Shown here one piece after another: positions 13,020 through 24,916 of a stretch of 64,000 nucleotides of DNA. The stretch is from Hemiscyllium ocellatum (taxonomy: Eukaryota). Where the stretch lies: positions 5,693,534 to 5,757,533 of the forward strand of contig NC_083409.1 in NCBI RefSeq assembly GCF_020745735.1. Direction: 5' to 3'. The number at the start of each line of letters is the position of its first letter. Position 1 is the stretch's first letter. A program made the translations under genes and the position numbers. Under the pieces are notes generated by a model. The model searched no databases. It was not told the DNA's origin and worked only from the letters and a program-made list of their open reading frames with translations.

Positions 13020-14469
13020 GAGTCTGGTTGACCAGCAGACAGTGCTCAGGGAGAGGGATGGAGTTTATACAGGGAGCTGGTTTTGATCTGCCCAATGTGT
13101 TTCACAGTGAGCCTGGCTCCTCAGTCCTGACGGCTCTTAGCTGCTGTGATTGTCACTGATTGGACACTTACTATCAGTGATTCTGACCACAGCAGAAAGC
13201 CCCTGTGTAAAAAATAACTGCAAAGACTGTCAGAGAGCAAGGTTGAAACTTCATCAATAGAGGAAGTGAAAGAAGGAGCTCAGAGCAGCTGGACGTTTGT
13301 TACTGAGACGGGAGAAAACTGTAAACTGTCTGCACTCTCTGGAATCTGACAGCACATAAGAACATTAGAACTAGGAACAGGAGCAGGCTATCTGAACTCT
13401 TGCGCCCGCTCTGCCATTCATTACGATCATGGTGATCTTTTCATGTCCTCAGCTCCCCCTACCCACATTTTCACCAAAACTATTGATTGGGCTACTGTTC
13501 AAAAATTACCTGTCTTAGCTTTAAAAAAGTTTACTGAGGAAACCCCAACGACTTCACTGGGCAGTGTATTCCATAGAATCACAACCCTCTAGGTGCAGAA
13601 GTTCCTTCTCAATTTAGTCCTAAATCTGCTCTCTCTTGCACACGAGGCGGCCATTCAGCCCATCCTGTCTGTGAGCGATCCAATTAGTCCCACTGCCACC
13701 CTCTCAGCCCATAACACAGCAAATCTTTCCTTTTCAGCCCGATGTCCAGCTGCCTCTTGCGGACCTGCCCCTAACCTGGGCTCCAAATTGGCACCTCATC
13801 CATTTATTGGAAGGCAAACTGCCTGGGATGGGAAATGGAGCTCAGCACCCTGAACATTCTATCTCCCCTCCTGAGGGACATCTGACGCTGAGGTTTAGTT
13901 CTGTGGAGCTATGCAATATATTCCTCCCATGCACACTACTGCATTCTGTGTCTAAAAGGCTGGAGCCTGCCAGCAGGATATTCAATTACAAGAACCCTCA
14001 TCAATTTGACCAATTCTGACCACACCCACTCTCTGTAACTTTTCAACTAATTGCTATTATCAAATCTGTCCATCTCCTCCTTGGTGTGAGACAGGGAAGG
14101 GGCCACGCCATTTCAGACAATTTGGAATTTATGGAGCACAGATGGAGTAAGCTGAGAGAGAACATCAGAATGATGAAGTTTGGAGTTGGGATGAGCGGGA
14201 ATAAGAGTTTCTGTGGTCAAGGGGCTGATGTAGAGTAGAGAAGGGCAATGTTGTGGAGTTTGAAATAAGAGAGCTATGTGATGGAGAGGATGTGGGGTTT
14301 GAAGCTCCAATACTGAAGGGTCCAGTTGGAAAGAGTTCCAGGCTTATTGATGTCCATTGGAAATTCCAGTGGTTTGGAGGCCCATGTTTCCTGATCTCTG
14401 TTGGAGGTTCCAATGAGGTTCCATGGAATTGGAATATTGGCATTTCTTGCAGCAATTGGAATCTTGGTA

Positions 14470-15500
14470 TTTATTATAAAAGGACTTGATTACAGAAATA
14501 AAGAAATATTGTTACAATTCTATGAGGCACTGGATAGACCACTGAAGCATTGAGTCCAGTTTTGGTCTTCTTACTTGATGAAAGATATGGTGGCACTGAA
14601 TGCAGTTCAGAGGATGTTCAGCAGACTGATTCCCAGAATGAAAGAGCTGTCATATGAGGAAGGGTTGAATAGCTAGGGCTTGTACTCACTGGAATTCAGT
14701 CGCATGAAGGGAGAATATGAGGGAAGTATATAAGATGCTAAAGGGGATTGATAGGGCAGGTGCGGAACAGATGTTCTCTCTTGTGGACCAGTCTCGAACA
14801 ATAGATCATAGATATAGAGTGAGAGGAGGTATATTTAAAACTGAGATGAGGAGAAACTACTGGTGGCACAGTGGTGCAGTGGTGAGTACTGCTGCCTCAG
14901 TGCCAGGGACCAAGGTTCAACTCCACTCTCAGGCAATTTCGTGGAGTTTGCACATTCTCCTCCTGTCTGTGTGAGTTTCATCTGTGTGCTCTGATTTCCT
15001 CCCACAGTCTAATGATGTACACACATTCGGAGGATTGGCCATGCTAATTTACGCATAGTGTCCAGGAAAGTGTAGGTTAGATTCATTAGTCATGGGAAAT
15101 GTAGGGTTACAGGGAAAGGATTCGGGAATGGCTCTGGGCGGAATGTTCTTTGAAGGTTCGGTGTGGACTAGTTGGGCTGAATGGCCTGGTTCCATACTGT
15201 ATGGAATCCATTCCAGTCCAACTGCTTCTCTCGGAGGGTTGTGAATCTGTGGAAGTTAGTGCACAACATCATCAACCCCACCACCTCTCCCACCCCCTCC
15301 CCACTCCCCCACTTCCTCAAGCACAATGGAGGCAGAATCAATCAACAGCTTCAAGAAAGAAACAGATGTCTTTCTGATGAAAAGCAGGATAGAGGGCAAT
15401 AGGGAGCAGTCTGGAAAGTGGGGAGGAGGTTGAGATCAGCTATGATCATGTTAAATACGAAACTGGCTAGAAGGGCTGAATTACCTCTTCATGCTCCTCA
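14470..15500 (+). mobile_element. CR1 3' fragment split by an HE1 SINE (about 14861-15215)
   Basis: CR1 text gagatgaggagaaactac is resumed after the SINE as aactgcttctctcggagggttgtgaatctg. Confidence 0.8.
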
Positions 15501-15524
15501 TTCCGAAGTTCAATCTTGCTAAGG

Positions 15525-15890
15525 CAATGAGATCCTTGTTTACTGGTCTGTATTGGAGCATCCAGTCACAAAGAGTCACATGTTCACTGGTCTGTATTGG
15601 AGGGTCCAGTTTAAAGCTGTTCCATATTTACTGGTCAGTACTGGAGAGTTCAAAGTAATGGAGGCCTTTCTTTCCGGGTTTCTATTGGAGGGTCCAACAG
15701 GAATAAGGTCCATGTTAACTAATGACTGCTGGAGTATTCAGTGGGAAATAGACACATATTTACTTGTCTCCATTGGAGGCTCCAGTGGCAAAGAGGCCCA
15801 TGTTTAATGCTCTTTATTGGAGAGTTCAGTGGGAATGTATTCCATGCTTACTGATCTCCATTGGTCAGTCCAGTGGGACATGGATACGTG
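15525..15890. repeat. Degenerate ~44-bp minisatellite (about 8 units); further units near 14300-14470
   Basis: Unit like catatttacttgtctccattggaggctccagtggcaaagaggcc; inverted paralogs at about 38525-38665 and 39880-39945. Confidence 0.8.
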
Positions 15891-15922
15891 GTGAGTGTGG
15901 GGTCATAACCTTTCTGTTGTAA

Positions 15923-18800
15923 ATAACGGATTTTCCATAGGCCTCCAAAATCAGTCAGGCGCATTAACCACGCGGCCGCTACAGCGCCAGCGCCAACAAC
16001 CGCCGCCACCACGACGTCACTTCCGGACCCACCGACCTCGCCGCCTCCACGATCGCTGACCAGACAACCGCCTCCACGATCGCCAGGAAGTCCATTGCCG
16101 ATGGATTCGCGACGTCCGCGGCTATCATGAATAACACGGTTTCTTTCTTCACCGCAGCCACTACCACTCCTTGGGTTGCCGTCGCCGCAGCCACTTCGCC
16201 CCCAGTGAAATCACTAACCTGCACGACCACAACGCCACTTTTATCTCCGCCCCCAAGCCGATCTCCATCACCACGCCTAACCCCGCCCGCACGCCGATCT
16301 CCGTCCCCGCCACCGCACCTAACCCCGCCCTCACTCGCAGATCCAGCCCCACAGTAGGTCCTAGCTCCCAGCCCTGCCATATTGTCACCATCCCTCCAGA
16401 ACTACCCCTCTCTGACGATGAAAGGTCAGTCCTCAGCAGAGGCCTCACCTTCATTCCCCTATGCTCTCGGATTAACGAATTCAACTTGCGGAGAGAAATC
16501 TAACAATTTTCTGCTGCCTTCGCCTCCGTGCCTATTTCTTCAACCAAGATTCTCGCCCACCCTCTGACGACCCCTTCTCCCACCTCCAACACAGCTTGGA
16601 CGCCCGTGCTGGCCTCTTACTGCCCTCGATCTCTTCATACTCAACTGCCGCCGTGATATTAACCGCATCAACCTCTCCAACCCTCTCACCCACTCCAACC
16701 TCTCACCCTCGGAACGTGCAGCCCTCCGTTCCAATCCCAACCTCACCATTAAACCGGCAGACAAGGTGGGCGGAGTAGTAGTTTGGCACACCGATCTTTA
16801 CACCGCTGAGGCTAAACGCCAGCTCTCAGACACTCCCTCCTACTGCCCCCTTGACCATGACCCCACCTCCCACCACCAAACCATCATCTCCCAGACCATC
16901 CATAACCTCATCACTTCAGGGGATCTCCCAACCACCGCCTCCAACCTCATAGCCCCACACCGCCCGTTTCTACCTCCTGCCCAAAATCCACAAACCTGAC
17001 TGCCCCGACGGATCCATTGTCTCAGCCTACTCCTGCCCCACCGAAGTCAACTGTGCATACCTCGACACGGTCCTGTCCCCCTTAGTTCAAGAACTCCCCA
17101 CCTACATTCGGGACACCACCCACGCTCTCCACCTCCGCCATGATTTTCGCTTCCCCGGTCCCCAACGCCTTATCTTCACCTTGGACATCCAGTCCTTGTA
17201 CACCTCCATCCCCCATCACGAAGGACTCAAAGCCCTCCGCTTCTTCCTTTCCCGCCGTACCAACCAGTAGCCTTCCACTGACACCCTCCTTCGACTGAAT
17301 GAACTGGTCCTCACCCTGAACAACTTCTCTTCCCAATCCTTCCACTTACTCCAAACCAAAGGAGTTGCTATGGGCACCCGCATGGGCCCTAGCTATGCCT
17401 GCCTCGTCGTAGGATATGTGGAACAGTCCATCTTCCGCAACTACACTGGCATCACCCCCCATCTTTTCCTCCGGTACATCACTGACTGTATCGGCGCTGC
17501 CTCTTGCACCCACGAGGAGTTTGAACAGTTCATCCACTTTACCAACACCTTCCATCCCAACCTCAAATTCACCTGGACCATCTCAGACTCCTCCCTCCCC
17601 TTCCTAGATCTTTCCATTTCTATCTCCGACGACTGAATCAACACGGACATTTACTATAAACCGACTGACTACCACAGCAAACCTGATCACACCGCCTCCC
17701 ACCCTGCCCCCTGTAAAAACGCCATCACATATTCCCAATTCCTTCATCTCCGCCGCATCTGCTCCCAGGAGGACTACTTCCAATACGTACAGCCCAGATG
17801 GTCTCCATCTTCAAGGACCCCAGTTTCCCCCCAAAAGTAATCGACGATGCCCTCCACCCCATCTCCTCGACTGCCCGCTCCTCCGCTCTTGAGCCACGCC
17901 CCTCCAACCGCCACCAGGACAGAACCCCACTGGTTCTCACCTGCCACCCCACCAATCTCCGTATACAACGTATCATCCGCCGTCATTTCTGCCACCTCTA
18001 AATGGACCGCTCCACCAGGGATATACTTCCCTCCCCTCCCCTATCAGCGTTCTGAAAAGACCACTCCCTCTGTGACTCCCTCGTCAGGTCCACACACTGC
18101 ACCAACCCAATCTCCACTTCCGGCACCTTCCCCTGCAACCGCAAGAAATGCAATACTTGCGCCCACCCCTCCTACCTTACATCTCTCCAAGGCCCCAAGG
18201 GATCCTTCCATATCTGCCATAAATTCACCTGCACCTCCAATCACATCATCTATTGCATCTGCTGCACCCGACGTGGCCTCCTCTGTATTTGGGAGACAGG
18301 CCGCCTACTTGCAGAACGTTTCATAGAACAACTCTGGGACACCCGGACCAACCAACCCAACCACTCGTGGCTCAACACTTCAACTCCCCCTCCCACTCCA
18401 CCAAGGGCGTGCAGGTCCTTGGAATCCTCCATCGCCAGACCATAACAACACGACGGTTGGAGGAAGAGCGCATCATCTGCTGCCTAGGGACCCTCCAAAC
18501 ACAAGGGATGAACTCAGATTTCTCCAGTTTCCTCATTTCCCCTCCCCCCACTTTGTCTCAGTCAAATCCCTCGTACTAAGCACCGCCTTCCTAACCTGCA
18601 ATCTTCTTTCTGACCTCTCCGCCCCACCCCACTCCGGCCTATTGACCTCCTTCCACCTATCGCATCTCCAACACCCCTTCCCCAAGTTCCTCCTCCCTAC
18701 CTTTTGTCTTAGCCTGCTGGACACACTTTCCTCATTCCTGAAAAAGGGCTTATGCCTGAAACGTCGATTCTCCTGTTCCTTGGTTGCTGCCCAGACCTGC
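15923..18800 (+). mobile_element. Penelope-like retroelement, near full length, decayed (RT + GIY-YIG)
   Basis: LSDDERSVLSRGLTFIP, KPADKxG, LPKIHKP, DIQSLYTSIPH, KGVAMGTRMGPSYA and a YIDD-like motif. The GIY-YIG region reads IYCICCTRRGLLCIWETGRLLAERF; typical 3' end gggcttatgcctgaaacgtcgattctcc. Multiple stops and frameshifts. Confidence 0.9.
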
Positions 18801-19769
18801 TGTGCTAGATCAGGATCATAGGACGCAGAATTGAGAGTAAGTTGAGGTGGCAGCTAAGAAAGGTGAATGCTGAGAGTGTATTCTCAGTAAGGGAGGCATT
18901 TCTGACGCAGTGTGCACTGTGCTCCCTAATGTGCTCCCTAATTGCAAGTCGACTTTCTGGAGCCAGGGTCATTGTCACAGTGATTGCCTGCTCAGCCAAT
19001 GCTGGCGACCCATAGTCATATTGTAATGGTCAATTAGCCCTAAACGAGTGGCAGCAATATTAACTTACAGGGAGGGGAGCTGTCTGAGTGAGGGAGGTTG
19101 AATTTTTGTAGCCCCAAGAGACGTTACAGTGGAATAATGAAGCTGCCAATTTCTCTCCCCGCCTCAGCTGTGTTGCCCCTCAGTATAAACGTACCATTAG
19201 TCTCTGTCTCGAATGGGCAAGTGGGACTATTCTCCTCAGGAATGATGACCATGAGAAAGGCAATCTCTCCTAAAGGAAGCACAAGTTGGATTGTAGGGGC
19301 ATCAAGAGTAAGCATGGAGAGATTGAGGGTGACAGAAGGAGGGAGTTGTTATTCAGAGTCAGGTCCCAGAGTATCAGTACTTTTGATACTCTGCTTTATT
19401 TTTTTGATTTTATTCCCCTTTTTATTTCTTTTGCCTTTATCACACTGTCATATGAACCACTCTATGGAGAGAGCTGAATTCCACAGCAGTGTCGGGCTCA
19501 GAGGCAAGGATACTTCTGGGATAAGAAAAAGCCTAGTTGTATCATAGCTAGACTCTAAATCTGAAGAACCAAGTAAAGTTCTGGGGACCTGAATTTGAAT
19601 CCCACCATGCAGGTGGAGGAATTTCAATTCAATAACAATCTGGAAATCAAATGACCATGAAGCCATTGGCGATTGTCAGAAAAAAAAATCACTTTGTCCT
19701 TGAGGTAAGGAGGACTGCTGTCCTTACCTGGTCTGGCATACACGTATCACCAGGCCCAAGGAGTAACCC

Positions 19770-20015
19770 ACCCAGAACCATTCCACTCCCCTAATGTGCC
19801 TAAATGATACATCCCTGAACACTATGGGCATTTTTAGCATGGCCAATCCACGTACCCTGCATATGTCTGGATTGTGGGACGAAACCAGAGCACCCACAGG
19901 AACCCCACACAGACACGAGGAGAATGTGCAAATGCCACAAAGTCAGTCACGTGAGACTGGAATCAAACCCCGCTCCCTGGTGCTGTTAAGCAGCAGTGCT
20001 AACCACCGAGCCACC
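19770..20015 (-). mobile_element. HE1-type SINE (partial)
   Basis: Reverse-complement HE1 body ending gtgctaaccaccgagccacc. Confidence 0.8.
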
Positions 20016-20709
20016 AACCCACCCACAGCAAAAGCCCAAAGATTTGAACTTTTATTAACCTCTTTAAACTTGACGTGATATAAGCTATAAGCATGAGTCC
20101 TCTGTCAGGGAAGGTAGTGGAGAGTGGAAAGCTTATGACATTTAAATATCATAACATTCACGGATTTGAGACAAGTGCAAGAAATTGTGATTACAGTGCC
20201 TTTAGTGGAAGTTATGCCAGCGCAAACTCAATGGGCCATAGGACCTTCTCTGCGCTGAATCAGTCTATGCACCCTGCTGAGAGGGCAGTGCAGGTTAATG
20301 GTGACCAGGTTCGTCATTTCCAAGATGGCAGACACATGATAAAGGTTCAGAGGAAATGACTCAATCTTCAGTGAAGGCCCAAGTAGGTGGTTGGAAGGAG
20401 GTTCAAAGCTAATGGAGACAAGGTCAATGGAGACTGAGCAAGTGCACAAGGTGCTGGCTGGCATCTCCAGGAGTTGTAGTGAGGCATGTGGGGAGTGTGT
20501 AAGGAGGGAGGGCAGTTTCAGTACAAATGCAACCTTTACCAGCAGCATCATGATCTTCAGCACCAGGGGTGTCTCTGAATGTGTCAGGCTCACTGACTGA
20601 TTCCACACAGACACCAATCTGGTCACAACACAATTATACACTCGTCAATCTAACATCTCTTTTGAGGTTTTCTTTGGAATCTATAATTAACAGCAGACAG
20701 AATGAAGGT

Positions 20710-21010
20710 TAGATTACTTACAGTGTGGAAACCGGCCCTTCGGCCCAACAAGTCCACACAGACCTTCTTAAGACCCACCCACCACGATCCATTCCCTTAC
20801 ATTTACCCCGTCACCTAACACTATGGGCAATTTAGCATAGCCAGTTCACTTAACCTGCACATTTTTGGACTGTGAGAGGAAACCCACGCAGACACGGGGA
20901 TAATGTGCAAATTCCACACAGAGAGTTGCCTGAGGCGGGAATTACACCCTGGTCTCTGGCGCTGTGAGGCGGCAGCAATAACCACTGTGCCCTGTGCCAC
21001 CGTGCTGCCC
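20710..21010 (-). mobile_element. HE1-type SINE
   Basis: agattacttacagtgtggaaaccggccc...ccactgtgccctgtgccaccgtgctgccc. Confidence 0.88.
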
Positions 21011-21039
21011 CTTCTTAAGCAGAGAATTGGAAATAGTCC

Positions 21040-23720
21040 ACATAGATTAGTGATGGGTAATTTCTAACTAACAAATCAAATGCATTGACTAAAATAGTTG
21101 ATAGGACGTATAGTCTTAGCAACTTTCAGAAATACACAATAATTTTCACAAAACAGTCTGATGACCAAAGTTAAAACCCATGGGATTAAAGATGAATGTT
21201 TGACTTGGTTAGGAGACTGGTTTAGTGACAGACAACAAGGAAAAAAAGCATGATGAATGGTGTTCCACAAGGATTCTGTGATGAAGCCTTAACAGGATAC
21301 AAATGCTGCAGGGAGGATAGAAAAGGAGGCAAGAGAGGAGGTGGAGTGACATATTTGATAAGGGATAGCATTACAGCTGTACTAAGAAGGGTATTCCTGG
21401 AAATACATCCAGCAAAGTCATTTTGGTGGAACTGAGAAATAAGAAAGAGATTATGACCTTGTTGGGATTGACCCTCTGATAGTGAAAGGGTAATTGAGAA
21501 GCAAATTTGTAAGGAGATCTCAGCTATCTGTGAGAATAATAAGATGGATATGATATTAAGTTTCCAAACATAGACTGTGACTGTCATCATGTTAAGGGTT
21601 TAAATGGAGAGGAAGTTGTTAAGTGTGTACAAGAAAACATTTTGATTCAGTATGTGGATGTACCCAATAGAGAAGGTGCCAAACTTGACCTACTCTTGGG
21701 AAATAAGGCAGGGCAGGTGACTGAAGTGTCAGTGGGGGAGCACTTTGGGCCAGCAAGCATAATTCTATTAGATTTGAAGGAAAAGAATAAGACCAGATCT
21801 AAAATTTGAAGTTCTAAACTGCAGAAAGGCCAATTTTGACGGTACTAGGCAAGAACATTCGAAAACTGATTGGGTACAGATGTTCACAGGTAAAGGAACG
21901 ACTGGAAAATGGGAAGCCTTCAGAAATGAGATAACAAGAATACAGAGAAAGCATATTCCTTTTAGGGTGAAAGGAAAGGCTAGTAAGTATAGCAATCCTG
22001 GATGACTAAATATATTGAGTGTTTGATTAAGGAAAAGAAGGAAGCATATTTCAGGTATAGACAGGATAGATCGAGTGTATCACGAGAAGAGTATAAAGGC
22101 AGTAGGAGTATACTTAAGAGGGAAATCAGGAGGGCAAAAAGGGAACATGAGATAGCTTAAGAAGAATCCAAAGTGTTCTAACAAATATATCAAGGACAAA
22201 AATGTAACGGGGGAGAGAATAGGGCCCCATAAAAATCAGCAAGGCAGACTTTTTGTGGAGCCGCAGGAGATGGGGGAGAAACTAAATGAGTATTTTGCAT
22301 CAGTATTTACTGGAGAAAAGGATATGGAAAGTGTAGAATGTAGGAGAAAATGGTGACGTCTTGTGAAATGTCTATATCACAGAGAAGGAATTGCTGGATC
22401 ACTTGAAACGCACAAAGGTGAATAAATCCCCCGGACCTGATCTGGTGTACCTTAGAACTTTGTGGGAAGTTAAGGAAGTAATTGCTGGGCCTCTTGCTGA
22501 GATAGTTGTAACATCGATAGTCACAGGAGAGGTGCTGGAAGACTAGAGGCTGTCGAAAGTTTTGCCAGTTTTTAAGAAATCTGGCAAGGATAAGCCAGGG
22601 AACAATGCACCTGTGAGCCTGACGTCGGTGGTGGGCAAGTTGTTGGGGGAAATCCTGAGGGACAGGAGGTATATGTATTTCAAAAGGCAAGGACTGATTA
22701 GCGATAGTCAACACGGCATTGTGCGTGGGAAATCCTATCTCACAAAACTGATTGAGTTTTTTGAGGAAGTAACAAAGAGAATTGATGAGGCCAGAACGGT
22801 AGATGTGATCTATATGGACTTCAGTAAGGCATTCAACAAGGTTCCCCATGGGACACTGGTTGTAAAGATAGATTTCACATGGACAACTAGCCATTTGAAT
22901 ACAGAACTGGCTCAAAGATAAAAGACAGAGGGTGGTGGTGGAGGGATGCTTTTTAGACTGGAAGTCTCTGACCAGTGGAGTGTAACAAGGATCAGTGCTG
23001 GGTCCACTACTTTTTGTAATTTATATAAATGATTTGGATATGACCATAAGAGGTACAGTCAGTATGTTTGCAGACGACACCAAAATTGGCGGTGTGGTGG
23101 ATAACAAACCAGGGAACTATAGATCAGGTTACCTCAGATTACAACACGGTCTTGATCAAATGGGCCAATTGGATGAGAAGTGGCAGATGGAGTTTAATTC
23201 AGATGAGTGTGAGGTGCTGCATTTTGGGAAAGCAAATCTTAGCAGGACAAATACACTTAATGGTAAGGCCCTAGGGAATGTTGCTGAACAAAGAGACCTT
23301 GGAGTGAAGGTTCATAGCTCATTGAAAATGGAGTCGCAGGGAGAAAGGAAAGAGAAGAAGGTGTTTGGTATGCTTTCATTTATCGGTCAAAGTATTGAGT
23401 ACTGGGTTTGGTAGGTCATGTTGCAGCTATATAGAACATTGTTTAGGCTGCTGTTGAAATATTGCATGCAATTCCAATCTCCCTCCTTTCGGAAAGATAT
23501 TGTGAAACTTGAAAGGGTTCAGAAGAGATTTACAAGGATGTTGCTAGGGTTTGAAGATTTGCGCTATTGGGAGAGGCTTAGCAGGCTGAGGGTGTTATCT
23601 CTTGAGCATGTGAGCCTGAGAGGAGACCTTATAGAGGTTTACAAAATTATGAGGGGCATGGATAGGATAAATAGACAAAGTCATTTCCCTGGTGTGGGGA
23701 GTCCAGAACTGCATGAATTC
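21040..23720 (+). mobile_element. CR1/HER1 LINE, long fragment (EN C-terminus to RT C-terminus)
   Basis: ORF pieces 22562-22921 (PVSLTSVVGKLL, YMDFSKAFNKVPH), 22995-23414 (LGPLLFVIYINDL, FADDTKIGG) and 23418-23726. Confidence 0.92.
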
Positions 23721-23724
23721 ATGT

Positions 23725-24118
23725 AAAACACTGTTATCTCATTTTTCAGTTTACAATCTTTCTAAACATTATGGCAAAACAGAGAACACAGGAGGCTAAC
23801 ACCTACAAATATTGTCTAGCTAACAGCTATTGTTACAGTTAACCGGTGAATGCAACTTCAAAACAAAAGGTTTTGTGATTTTCACTTGAAAGAAGTGAAA
23901 CTATCATAGTATTCGCACAGATGAAAGCCTCAAGAAATAATTAAGGTATTATTTAACGTATAATTTCAGTTACATCACACTGTAAACTTTTGCTATAAAT
24001 TCTCTGTCTGACAATTGTACCCTCCACAACCATCTGATGGAGGAGCGGCGCTCCGAAAGCTAGTGTGCTTCCAATTAAACATGTAGAGCTACAGCCTGTT
24101 GTTGTGTGATTTTTAACT
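23725..24118 (+). mobile_element. Penelope-like element 3' end
   Basis: Ends in ctgatggaggagcggcgctccgaaagctagtg...gttgttgtgtgatttttaact, the terminal motif repeated across the window. Confidence 0.65.
24031..24065 (+). ncRNA. Hammerhead-like motif with a core mutation (CTGATGG)
   Basis: cat-CTGATGG-a-GGAGC-ggc-GCTCC-GAAAGCTA-gtg. Confidence 0.45.
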
Positions 24119-24755
24119 GAATAAATTCAAGATAGAGATTGCCCACGTGTCGGCAGGCAGTGGCCTCGTGGTATTATCACGAGCTTGTTAATCCAGAGAG
24201 CCAAGTAACGTTCTGGGGGACGTGTATTCAAATCTTGGCAAGGCAAATCAACTCAAAAAAACTCTGAAATTACGAGTCTAATGATGACCATTATTGGGGG
24301 CAAACTTCATTGCTCCCACCAATGTCCTTTAGATTGCTGTCCTTGCCCAGACCGACTGACACATGACTCCAGACCCGCAGCAATGTAGAATCAAAGAATC
24401 CCTACTGTCTGGAAGAATGCCATCAAGTCCAAGCAGCATTCCACCGAGAACCACAACCATCTCCTATTGCTGTAACCTGACACTTCCCATGGCCAGTTCA
24501 CCTAACCTGCTCATCCTTGGACTGAGAATGGAAACTTGCACACCCGGAGGAAACCCACACACACATGGGGAGAGCATGCAAACTCCACAAAGAAAATCAC
24601 CGCAGGGTGGAATCGAACCTAGATCCCTGTTTCTGTAGGACAATGGTGTTTGTCATTTTGCTGGACATTCCTCATCTTTGATCTAAATGTCTAAACCCTT
24701 ATTCCCACACTGCGACTTTGCTTTAGAATCCCCAGGTAGGGGACAAAAAAATAAA

Positions 24756-24916
24756 AATCACACAATACCAGGTTATAGTCCAACAAGTTTAATTGTAAGC
24801 ACTAGCTTTTGCAGCGCCATTCCTTCATCAACCTTTACCTGATGAAGGAGCGGCGTTCCGAAAGCTCGTGAGCTTCCATTAAACCTGATGGACCATAAAC
24901 TGGTGTTGTGTGATTT
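24756..24916. mobile_element. Head-to-head pair of Penelope-type ends (foldback)
   Basis: aatcacacaataccaggttatagtccaac...ccttcatca, then ctgatgaagg...accataaactggtgttgtgtgattt, are reverse complements. Confidence 0.8.
24836..24870 (+). ncRNA. Minimal type-I hammerhead-ribozyme-like motif (best-preserved copy)
   Basis: tac-CTGATGA-a-GGAGC-ggc-GTTCC-GAAAGCTC-gtg: CUGANGA core, stem II, GAAA, self-complementary AGCU stem III, H17=C, 3-bp stem I. Activity untested; there is an extra A after the core. Confidence 0.55.

Larger units (their letters stand above)
1..15922 (-). repeat. Segmental duplication unit A (3' flank, C pseudogene, J-C intron)
   Basis: 1-4000 is a direct paralog of about 26430-31954. 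1-8300 and 11155-15922 are inverted paralogs of unit C. About 9950-11155 is a direct paralog of about 32980-34230. Confidence 0.85.

Noticed and set aside
15525-15890. Minisatellite as a CRISPR array or class-switch region
   Set aside because: Degenerate tandem units without unique spacers, in a vertebrate; light chains do not switch and the units are not AGCT-rich.
15979-16503. Pro/Thr-rich and Gly-rich ORFs
   Set aside because: Low-complexity N-terminal part of the Penelope-like element.
19124-19315. Minus ORF with faint cadherin-like pattern (EENSPTCPF...GNTAEAGREIGSF)
   Set aside because: Lacks DxNDN/DRE motifs, is short, and has no supporting exons.
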